34,832 bases of DNA. Origin: Sphingopyxis sp. (GTDB lineage: Bacteria > Pseudomonadota > Alphaproteobacteria > Sphingomonadales > Sphingomonadaceae). The notes below the pieces were generated by a model, which saw only the letters and a program-made list of their open reading frames with translations, did not search any database and was not told where the DNA came from. The position numbers and the translations under genes were made by a program. The stretch's first letter is position 1; every line of letters begins with the position of its first letter. This document shows, one piece after another, positions 26,899-34,832 of the stretch. The DNA lies in NCBI GenBank assembly GCA_026125835.1, contig JAHCKJ010000001.1:1-34832 (forward strand), written 5' to 3'.

Positions 26899-28713
26899 TC
26901 AGTCGAAAAGCAGCGGAACCGCCGGATAATCCTCCAGGACCGCGCCCAGCGCATCCCTCAGCGGACCCAGCCAGGCTTCATAGGGGCGCCACTGGTCGAC
27001 CCCGTCGCGGTTGATCGGACGCCGCACCTGCTCGCTCGACGCGGTGCGCACGGCGCGTGCATTGGTGTGAAACGCCATGCAGGCGTCCTCGAACGGCAGG
27101 TCGAGATAGCTCAGCATCGCTCGTACTTGAGCTTCCGGATCGTCGAGCAATGCTTCGTGGATCACGCGGTGGACCCGCCCGGGCTGCACGGCGTCGATAT
27201 GCGCCATCAACCGGACATAATCACGGTAATAGGCGCCCATGTCCGTCAGGCCATAGCTGAACGCCTGCCCCTTGGCATAGTGCTGGCGGAAATTGGACCA
27301 GCAGCAATCGAGCGGATGCCTCCGCGCATCGATGATCTTCGCATTCGGCAGGATCAGGCGGATCAGCGGCACATAGCGCCAGTTGTTCGGCAGCTTGTCG
27401 ATATAGAAAGGTTTGCCGGTCTTGCGCTGCACCGCGGTGCGGCGAAGGAAGGCGGCACCCATTTCGGCCAGCCGTTCGGGCGGCGCGTCGGCAAGCGCGG
27501 CGACCCAATGCCGCCCCTCGCCCTGCGTTTCGCGGCCGAGGCCGAGTGCGAGGGCCGGAATATCGGGCAGCTCCATCGTGCCCTCGATCGCCGAATGGCT
27601 GGCGAGGATCTGCTCGACCAGCGTCGATCCGGCACGCGGCATCCCAAGGATGAAGATCGGATCGGGCGCCGGATCGCCGGCGTTAGCGCGCGCCGCGAAA
27701 AAGTCGGCAGTGCAGGTGGCGATGACCGCATCGACGGTGGCGCGGGTCTCGGCCGGATCATAGCCAAGCTGCGCCGCGCGGATGGCATTGCCGGCGGCAT
27801 AATGGCCGAACGCGGCTTTGGCATCCTCCGCATCGTCATAGGCCTTGCCGAGCGCGAAATGCAGGTGCAGCCGGTCGTCGTCGCGCGACGCGTCGGCGGG
27901 GTCGGCGGCGGCCAGCGCCGCCTCCATCGCCGCGCGGTCGTCGGCTTCGAACCTGATGGTCTTGAGATTCGCCAGGCTCCACCACAATTCGCCAAGGCCG
28001 GGATCGGCCGCCAGCGCGTGGCGATAGGCGGCAATGCAGGCGTCCTGCCGCCCGACCGTCTTGAGCATATGACCATAGCTCATCCACAGCTTGGCATGGT
28101 CGGGGAAGCGTCCGGTCAATTGTTCGTACAGCGCGATCGCCTCGTCATAGCCGCCGATGCGGCCGAGCGCGGCGGCCTTCAGATTGGCGTGGGCCGGATT
28201 GTCCGGATCCTCGTCCAGAACGGCGTCGAGCGCCGCTACGGCGTCGGCGTAGCGGTTCTGCTTGTAAAAGACGGTGGCAAGGTTGGCCCGCGCGGCGCCG
28301 AAACCCGGCGCCAGTTCCAGCGCGCGCAAGAGCAGTTTCTCGGCGTCGCCATAACGGCCGATCCGGCCCGCAACCTCGGCCAGCATGCGGATCGCCGCGA
28401 CGTCGGTCGCATCGTCGCGCAGTCGCGCGCGCAATGCTGCCTCGGCGTCGGGCAGACGATCTTCGGCCAGCGCCAGCGCGGCGGCGACCATCGCCTCGTC
28501 GTGGATCGTTGCCGCGACGGCGGCGAGCGATGCGGCCTGCGCCTCTTCCTCGCGATCGAGCGCGCGTAGGGCGTGGGCGGCGATGCGGTGTGCCGCTGCC
28601 GATGTCGGCACCGCCTCGATGATCGCCTGCGCCTGCGCCAGCGCGCTGGCGGGTTCGGCGCGCAGCAGCTGGCGGGCGTTGGCGAGCGCCGCGTCGAGCG
28701 TGACCGTCGCCAC
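26899..28713 (-). CDS. TPR-repeat sulfotransferase
   Basis: N-terminal TPRs; PAPS-binding PIFILGMPRAGSTL, DKLPNN, RRHPLDCCWS and TASSEQVRRPI. Confidence 0.92.
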   Translation of the reverse strand: MATVTLDAALANARQLLRAEPASALAQAQAIIEAVPTSAAAHRIAAHALRALDREEEAQAASLAAVAATIHDEAMVAAALALAEDRLPDAEAALRARLRDDATDVAAIRMLAEVAGRIGRYGDAEKLLLRALELAPGFGAARANLATVFYKQNRYADAVAALDAVLDEDPDNPAHANLKAAALGRIGGYDEAIALYEQLTGRFPDHAKLWMSYGHMLKTVGRQDACIAAYRHALAADPGLGELWWSLANLKTIRFEADDRAAMEAALAAADPADASRDDDRLHLHFALGKAYDDAEDAKAAFGHYAAGNAIRAAQLGYDPAETRATVDAVIATCTADFFAARANAGDPAPDPIFILGMPRAGSTLVEQILASHSAIEGTMELPDIPALALGLGRETQGEGRHWVAALADAPPERLAEMGAAFLRRTAVQRKTGKPFYIDKLPNNWRYVPLIRLILPNAKIIDARRHPLDCCWSNFRQHYAKGQAFSYGLTDMGAYYRDYVRLMAHIDAVQPGRVHRVIHEALLDDPEAQVRAMLSYLDLPFEDACMAFHTNARAVRTASSEQVRRPINRDGVDQWRPYEAWLGPLRDALGAVLEDYPAVPLLFD

Positions 28714-28722
28714 CGCCCGCCG

Positions 28723-30330
28723 TCAGCTCTTGGCCGCGCGGGCCTTGGCGACCGCCTGCCGCAACGCGGCGTAACCGATCTGGCCCTGCAGCAGCTGGTT
28801 GCCGACGACCCAGGTCGGGGTAGCGTTGAGCTGCAACTGGCTCGCGATCGCGAGGTTGCTGTCGAGTTCGCGCTGGAACAAGGCCTCGTTGGCGGTGGCG
28901 TCGGCGCTGCCGTCGGTCACCACCCCGGCGCGCCGCGCCGCCTCCGCAATCCCGGCGGCATCGAGCGAGCCGACCGCGAACATCGCATGGTGAAACGCGT
29001 CATATTTGCCCTGCCGCGCCGCGGCGAGCGCCATCAGCGCGGCATCGCGGCTTTGCGGCGCGATGATCGGCAGCTCGCGGAACACGACCTTCAACCGTTT
29101 GTCCTCGCGGATCAGCCGGTCGACATCGGGGACACTCGCGCGGCAGAAGCCGCAGGCATAATCGGTGAACACCACCAAAGTCACATCGCCGTCGGCGTTG
29201 CCCGCCCATGCCCCGGCATAGGGCTTTTCGAGCGCCGGACGGATCGCGCCGATCGCCTTGGCAATCTCGCCGTTGCGCTGCGCTTCCAGCGCCTCGGGAA
29301 TGATCTGCGGGTTCGCCTTGATATAATCGGCGACGATCGTTTCGACCTCGCCCTTGCTCATGCCGCCGACCGTCCGTCCGCCGAGCCAGAAGGCGGCAGC
29401 GAGCCGCAGCGCGCCGCCGGCGGCCAGCGCGATCCACGTCCGCGTCGATCCGCCGTCCATTCCATTCCCCTTCAGTTGCGGCAAAGGGCTTGCCGCCATG
29501 GCGCGCGCGGCCGGTTTTCTTGCCTTGGGCGGTGGCAGCGGCGAACGGTCGTCGCCCTCGCCCGACGGCGCCGCATCCGGCCCGGCGCGGGACGTTGCCG
29601 CGGCCAGCGTTGCATCTCCGGCAAAGAGCGGCAGGTCGGCCGCCGCCGGGCGGGCCTGCTGCGCCGTCGCTTCCTCGCGCGCCAGCAATTGTTCGAGCCC
29701 CGACGGCGGCGTCTCCTCACCGCGCGGCGCGGGGCGCAGCCGGGTCGCCGCGTCGCCCAGGCTGCCCTTGATGCTTTCGCTGCCCGATCGGGCGATCTGG
29801 CCAACGCCTGCCCTGGTCTTTCCGGCCACTTCGCCCAGTCCGCGTCCGGCCTCGTTCGACAGCTTGCGTACCTTTTCGCCCAGCGCCAGCCTGTCCCACG
29901 CGGCGCCACTGGCCCGCGCGGCGGCGCGGGCCGCGCTGGCCGAGGTGCGCCCGGCAGCGCTTGCGGCCGTGGTCGTCGCGGCCGCGATCTTCCCCGCGCC
30001 CTCGCGCGTCCGGCGCGGGATCTCCATCGCTTCGACGCGCGCGGGGATGTCCGCGCGGTCGCCAAGGTCGATCGTCCAGTCGGCGAAACGCGCGGCACCG
30101 CGGCGCAGCGCCTGCCACAGGCGCGCGCTTCCCGCCTTCACCTGGTCCGCGGTGACAACCGGCTTGCGCGCGGGCGTTTCGGGTGCGGCATAGCGCGACA
30201 CGTCAAGGCCGACGGGCGGCACCTCGCGCGGCTTTGCCAGCCCCTCGTCGGGCGCAACCGGCGACGGCGCGCGGTCCGGCGCGGCGTGGCGCAGCCAAGG
30301 CTGGTAATAATCGTCTTTCTTATCGGTCAC
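28723..30330 (-). CDS. DsbA/ScsC-like thiol-disulfide oxidoreductase with long N-terminal extension (alternative start at 29460)
   Basis: FTDYACGFC, RELPII, ATPT cis-Pro loop, IVADYIKANPQIIPEA helix and a TM anchor. Confidence 0.85.
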   Translation of the reverse strand: MTDKKDDYYQPWLRHAAPDRAPSPVAPDEGLAKPREVPPVGLDVSRYAAPETPARKPVVTADQVKAGSARLWQALRRGAARFADWTIDLGDRADIPARVEAMEIPRRTREGAGKIAAATTTAASAAGRTSASAARAAARASGAAWDRLALGEKVRKLSNEAGRGLGEVAGKTRAGVGQIARSGSESIKGSLGDAATRLRPAPRGEETPPSGLEQLLAREEATAQQARPAAADLPLFAGDATLAAATSRAGPDAAPSGEGDDRSPLPPPKARKPAARAMAASPLPQLKGNGMDGGSTRTWIALAAGGALRLAAAFWLGGRTVGGMSKGEVETIVADYIKANPQIIPEALEAQRNGEIAKAIGAIRPALEKPYAGAWAGNADGDVTLVVFTDYACGFCRASVPDVDRLIREDKRLKVVFRELPIIAPQSRDAALMALAAARQGKYDAFHHAMFAVGSLDAAGIAEAARRAGVVTDGSADATANEALFQRELDSNLAIASQLQLNATPTWVVGNQLLQGQIGYAALRQAVAKARAAKS

Positions 30331-30385
30331 TTGTCGCCCTCGAACCGCGCTGGATCGCGATGCGCCGCCTCTGTCTCACCCGAAT

Positions 30386-31780
30386 CTAGCGCCGTTTGCG
30401 CCCGCGTTCCACCTCGGCGCGGGCCACCAGCGAAATATCCTGGGCACGGATCCAGTCGGGCGAGCCTTGGGACAGGCCCTGCATTGCCATTTCGGCATTA
30501 CGCAGCGCCAGCGCCGCCTGTCCACCCTGCAGATTATAGCGTTCCGCCGAAGCGAGCGCGGCGCGCGCCTGATCGCCCTTGTTCGCATAAACGATGCCGA
30601 GCTGGTACCAGGCGAAGGGGTTCTGGTTGTCGAGCGCCACCGCGGTCCGCAGCACCTTTTCGGCTTCGACAAAATTGGCCGGATCTTCGGTGGCGATCAG
30701 CGCGTGGCCCAGCGTTGCCGCGATCAGCGGCTGCGACCGCGATTTCGCGACCGCTTCGCGCAGCGGCGGCAATGCTTCGTCGGGGCGTCCCGATTCGAGC
30801 AGGATCTGACCCTCCAGCTCGAGGAAATAGGGATCGTCGGGATCGGTGGCGAGCAGCGCTTTCACCTCGGCCAGCGCATTTTGCGGATAGGCGCTGCGGT
30901 GCCACGCATAGGCGCGCGCATAGCGCGCCGGAATGCTGGTGTTGGATTCGGGATATTTGCGCAGCGTCCGGTCGGGGTCGGTCATATATCCCGACAGCTT
31001 CGCCTTGACGCGCTGGAACCGTCTTTCGATGTCGGGGTCGGCCGGCTTTTCCCAGGCCGGATCGACGACATAGACCTCGCGCAGCGTCTGGATGCGGTCG
31101 CCCGACATCGGGTGGGTCCGGCCGTAAGCCTGGTCGTCATCCTGTTTGACCGCGTAACGAAACTCGAGATTTTGAAGCTTTTTGAAAAAGGCCAGGCTGC
31201 CGCGGCCGCTGATGCCCGCGGCCGACAGATATTGGGCACCGGCGGCGTCGGCGGTCGATTCCTGCACCCGTGAAAAGGCCAGAAACTTGCCCAGCGCCGC
31301 CTGCTGACCCGCCATCATGATGCCCATGCCGGCCTCGCCGCCACCCGCCGCGATCGCCGCGGCACCGAGCAGCAGGCTGAGGATCGAGATACCTGTTGCG
31401 GCCTTGGCACCGTCGTTGATCCGGATGGCGTGGCCGCCCATGATGTGGCCGAGTTCGTGGGCCAGCACGCCCTGGACTTCCTCGGCGGTGTCGGCCGCCT
31501 CGATCAGTCCGGCAAAGACATAAACATCCTGGCTGCCCGCGACGAACGCATTGATGCTGGGGTCGCCGAGCAAGTGAACCCGCACCTGGCCGGGCTGAAG
31601 CCCCGCCGCGACGGTGAGCGGGTCCATCATGTCGCGAAACAGCGCCTCTGTTTCGGCATCGCGCAGGATCGACTGCGCCATGGCCGGCCGCGTTGCCACG
31701 GCAACCATCGCAAGCAGGGTCAGCAACAGGCGCGTCAGGTGACGCAGTACGGGCGCGGCTTGCTGGGAACGGGCGATCAT
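30386..31780 (-). CDS. M48 family metalloprotease with TPRs (BepA-like)
   Basis: ILRDAETE, INAFV, HELGH, FSRVQESTAD and RTHP; start uncertain. Confidence 0.9.
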   Translation of the reverse strand: MIARSQQAAPVLRHLTRLLLTLLAMVAVATRPAMAQSILRDAETEALFRDMMDPLTVAAGLQPGQVRVHLLGDPSINAFVAGSQDVYVFAGLIEAADTAEEVQGVLAHELGHIMGGHAIRINDGAKAATGISILSLLLGAAAIAAGGGEAGMGIMMAGQQAALGKFLAFSRVQESTADAAGAQYLSAAGISGRGSLAFFKKLQNLEFRYAVKQDDDQAYGRTHPMSGDRIQTLREVYVVDPAWEKPADPDIERRFQRVKAKLSGYMTDPDRTLRKYPESNTSIPARYARAYAWHRSAYPQNALAEVKALLATDPDDPYFLELEGQILLESGRPDEALPPLREAVAKSRSQPLIAATLGHALIATEDPANFVEAEKVLRTAVALDNQNPFAWYQLGIVYANKGDQARAALASAERYNLQGGQAALALRNAEMAMQGLSQGSPDWIRAQDISLVARAEVERGRKRR

Positions 31781-31805
31781 TGCCGTTTCCCTTGCCGCAC
31801 CCGTC

Positions 31806-31820
31806 TGAACCTTTCGTGAA
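31806..31820 (-). promoter_or_regulatory. TTCA-N7-TTCA direct repeat
   Basis: Minus strand TTCAcgaaaggTTCA, 25 bp upstream of ATG 31780. Confidence 0.5.
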
Positions 31821-31889
31821 GCCATGGACACTTATTGGGCGTCGTCGCGCACGGGCGCAAGGTTCGGCGTGAGATTTCGGGTATCGGCA

Positions 31890-31941
31890 GCCGTCCAGAG
31901 GCGTAGCGGACCGGCCCCCGCTTTCGCGGGGACCGGACGGC
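31890..31941 (-). terminator. Stem-loop downstream of rne (terminator or half-REP)
   Basis: CCGGCCCCCGC-tttc-GCGGGGACCGG, with an alternative outer pairing GCCGTCC/GGACGGC; no clear T-tract. Confidence 0.45.
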
Positions 31942-31961
31942 GCTTCGTCATATGCAGCGGC

Positions 31962-34622
31962 TCAGTTGCCGAAGGTGCGTTGCCACCAACCGCGGCGGGG
32001 TTCGCCGTCGGGACCGGTGTCGCCCGCATCGCCATCGGCCGCGACCGGTTCGGCCTCGCCGGTTGTCACGGCGTCGGGCGCCGCTTCGGCGGCTACCGCC
32101 TTTTTGGCCCGGCTGGCGCGCTTTTTGGGTGCAGGCTTGGCGGGTTCGGCCTCGACCTCCTCCGCAGCGACTGTCGTTTCGACCGGGGCGACCGCCTCGG
32201 CGGTTTGCGCGGTTTCGCTCGCCTCGGCTTCGGCCGCAGCCTTGGCCTTGCGCGGCGCGCGCTTGCGCTTCGGCTTTTCCTCGGTAGCGGGGGCGTCGTC
32301 GGCGACCGGCTCGGCTGCCACGGCCCCGGCGACCGGCTCGGCTTCGCTCTCCGCTGCGCCATCATCAACCGTCTCCGCCGTGTCGGCCTTTTTGCGGCCA
32401 CGACCGCCGCGGCGACGGCGCGGCTTGGCTTCGGCGGCCTCGGCCTCGGCGGCTTCGTCGGTTCCTTCGGGTGCCGCATCGGCGTCGGCGTCAGCGTTCT
32501 GGGCGTCGGTCGCTTCGGCGCCTTCGCCAATCTCGTTGCCATCCTCGTCGCGGCGACCGCGGCGACCACGGCGGCGGCGGCGGCGGCGCTTGCGGCCCTC
32601 ACCATCGGTGTCGCCGTCGCCTTCCTCGCGCGAGCGTTCGCGCGGGCGGCGGTCTTCCGCCGCTTCCGCTTCGGCGACGTCTTCATCCTCGTCCTCGGGG
32701 GTGTCGTCGTCGTCGTCCTCGATCGGGGCAATCGGGGCAAAGCTGCGGCGCTGGGTCGGCGGCGGGCCGGTTACCTCGACCGCCATGCGCGCGCCCTCGG
32801 TTTCGCCGTCGGGCAGGATCTCGACGCTGACGCCGTAAAGTTCCTCGATGTCCCGCAGCTCGCGGCGCTTTTCGTTGAGCAGGTAGAAGGTCGCTTCCTG
32901 GCTCGCGCGCAGGGTGATGCGGCTGCCCTTGCCGCGTGCCGCTTCCTCTTCGATCAGGCGCAGCGCGCTCAGACCCGCCGACGATGCGGTGCGGACCAGC
33001 CCCGTGCCTTCACAATGCGGGCACGGGCGCGTCGAGGCTTCGAGCACGCCGGTGCGCAGCCGCTGGCGGCTCATTTCCATCAGGCCGAAGCCCGAAATAC
33101 GCCCGACCTGGATGCGCGCGCGGTCGTTCTTCAGCGCGTCCTTCATCGCGCGCTCGACCTTGCGGACGTTCGAGCCATGATCCATGTCGATGAAGTCGAT
33201 CACGATCAGCCCCGCCATATCGCGCAGGCGCAGCTGGCGGGCGATTTCGGCGGCGGCCTCCAAATTGGTGCTGACCGCGGTCTGCTCGATATTATGCTCG
33301 CGCGTCGAGCGGCCCGAGTTGATGTCGATCGATACCAAGGCCTCGGTCGGGTTGATGACCAGATAACCGCCCGATTTCAGCTGGACGACCGGATTGAGCA
33401 TTCCGGCGAGCTGGTCCTCGACGCCGTAGCGCTGGTATAGCGACACCGGGTCGGCATATTGTTTCACGCGCCGGGCGTGGCTCGGCATCAGCAGTTTCAT
33501 GAACTGCTTGGCGGCCTTGTAGCCCTCGTCGCCCTCGACGAGCACTTCCTCGATGTCCTTGTGATAGATGTCGCGGATCGCGCGTTTGACCAGGTCGCTG
33601 TCCGAATGGACCAGCGCCGGGGCGCTCGATGCCAGCGTCTTTTCGCGAATCTCGTCCCACAGGCGGGCGAGATAATCGAAATCGCGCTTGATCTCGACCT
33701 TGGTGCGGCTCATCCCGGCGGTGCGGACGATGCAGCCCATCGTCGGCGGCAGGTTGAGCTCGTCGATCATCGCCTTCAGCTTGCGGCGGTCGGCGCCGTT
33801 CGAAATCTTGCGGCTGATCCCGCCGCCGTGCATCGTGTTCGGCATCAGCACGCAATAGCGGCCGGCGAGCGACAGATAGGTGGTGAGCGCGGCGCCCTTG
33901 TTGCCGCGTTCTTCCTTGACGACCTGCACCAGCATCACCTGGCGGCGGCGGATAACGTCCTGGATCTTGTAGCGGCGGCGCAGCGACATGCGATTTTCGC
34001 CGTCGTCGTCATCGCGGCGGCCACGACCGCGGCCGCCGCCCTTGCGGCCATTGCCGCGCCCGCGTCCGCGACCCTTGCGGTCACCGCGATCGTTCCGACC
34101 TTCACGGCCTTCTTCAGATCCTTCGCCGCCCTCTTCGCCGTCGCCATTCTCTGCGTCGCCCTGATCGTCGCGGTCGTCGCGGTCATCGTCGTCGCCATCG
34201 TTGCGTTCGTCACGATCATCATCGTCGCGGTCGTGGCGGCTGTCGCCATTGTCGTCGTCATGATATTCGACGTCGGCGACATCGCCTTCGAGTTCGTCGA
34301 GGTCGTCCTCGGCGCGCTGCGCGGCGGCGGCGGCATGTTCGGCCTCTTCGCGCAGCAGCGCGTCGCGGTCTTCCTTCGGAATCTGGTAATAATCGGGATG
34401 GATTTCGCTGAACGCCAGGAACCCGTGGCGATTGCCGCCATATTCGATGAACGCCGCCTGCAGCGACGGTTCGACGCGGGTGACCTTGGCCAGATAGATA
34501 TTGCCCTTGAGCTGTTTATGCTCGGCGGACTCGAAATCAAACTCCTCGATGCGGTTTCCCTTGGTGACGGCGACCCGGGTTTCTTCCCGGTGCCGCGCGT
34601 CGATCAACATGCGCGTGGTCAT
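31962..34622 (-). CDS. rne: Ribonuclease E
   Basis: MTTRMLIDA, KGNIYLAKVTRVEPSLQAAF, IDINSG, DFIDM, CPHC Zn-link, charged disordered C-terminal domain and terminal GWW. Confidence 0.97.
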   Translation of the reverse strand: MTTRMLIDARHREETRVAVTKGNRIEEFDFESAEHKQLKGNIYLAKVTRVEPSLQAAFIEYGGNRHGFLAFSEIHPDYYQIPKEDRDALLREEAEHAAAAAQRAEDDLDELEGDVADVEYHDDDNGDSRHDRDDDDRDERNDGDDDDRDDRDDQGDAENGDGEEGGEGSEEGREGRNDRGDRKGRGRGRGNGRKGGGRGRGRRDDDDGENRMSLRRRYKIQDVIRRRQVMLVQVVKEERGNKGAALTTYLSLAGRYCVLMPNTMHGGGISRKISNGADRRKLKAMIDELNLPPTMGCIVRTAGMSRTKVEIKRDFDYLARLWDEIREKTLASSAPALVHSDSDLVKRAIRDIYHKDIEEVLVEGDEGYKAAKQFMKLLMPSHARRVKQYADPVSLYQRYGVEDQLAGMLNPVVQLKSGGYLVINPTEALVSIDINSGRSTREHNIEQTAVSTNLEAAAEIARQLRLRDMAGLIVIDFIDMDHGSNVRKVERAMKDALKNDRARIQVGRISGFGLMEMSRQRLRTGVLEASTRPCPHCEGTGLVRTASSAGLSALRLIEEEAARGKGSRITLRASQEATFYLLNEKRRELRDIEELYGVSVEILPDGETEGARMAVEVTGPPPTQRRSFAPIAPIEDDDDDTPEDEDEDVAEAEAAEDRRPRERSREEGDGDTDGEGRKRRRRRRRGRRGRRDEDGNEIGEGAEATDAQNADADADAAPEGTDEAAEAEAAEAKPRRRRGGRGRKKADTAETVDDGAAESEAEPVAGAVAAEPVADDAPATEEKPKRKRAPRKAKAAAEAEASETAQTAEAVAPVETTVAAEEVEAEPAKPAPKKRASRAKKAVAAEAAPDAVTTGEAEPVAADGDAGDTGPDGEPRRGWWQRTFGN

Positions 34623-34832
34623 TGGTAACACTCCAAGCGCGCCGTGGCGCGCCATCAAAAAATCCCGCAGACCCCCCTGGTGGGAAGTCGCGGCGGATAA
34701 GGGTGAAAGGAAAAAAATCGTTATTGCCGAAGGCGGCTTGCGTCCGGTCCTGGACGCGCATGCGGTCTTCCCGTTCGGCGAGCGGGGCAAAAGCGCCCGC
34801 GTCGGGATGGAAAGAGGGCATGGCAAGCCTCA

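Noticed and set aside
26809-33440. Long plus-strand ORFs (586, 811 and 538 aa)
   Set aside because: Antisense to well-supported minus-strand genes; Arg/Gly-rich with no recognisable domains.

Overview
High-GC alphaproteobacterial chromosome segment; the gene content and repeat types suggest a sphingomonad (Sphingopyxis-like, by inference). About 30 CDS, mostly core or housekeeping: sodC, thpR, HU, rlmE, Ppx/GppA, rpmB, tadA, cobB, dapB, nth, M48 protease, DsbA-like, rne. No tRNA, rRNA, CRISPR array, prophage or transposase was seen. The best candidate for an undescribed system is a compact catabolic module at 19657-28713. It comprises a BetI-like TetR regulator, a perfect operator palindrome, a choline/betaine-type Rieske oxygenase translationally coupled to a PYROXD2/COG1233 flavoprotein, a convergent APC amino-acid permease plus TonB-dependent receptor, and a TPR-sulfotransferase. 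The module plausibly handles an N-methylated amino acid or betaine. Non-coding signals include a canonical alphaproteobacterial SOS box on a glutathione S-transferase promoter and a shared TTCA-N7-TTCA direct repeat before three envelope genes. There is also a triple 11-bp GTCAT (pho-box-like) repeat before the receptor, and at least six different REP-like palindrome families, one nested inside another. Four genes carry clustered indels that look like long-read consensus errors rather than true pseudogenes. All assignments come from motif recognition by eye; no searches were run.
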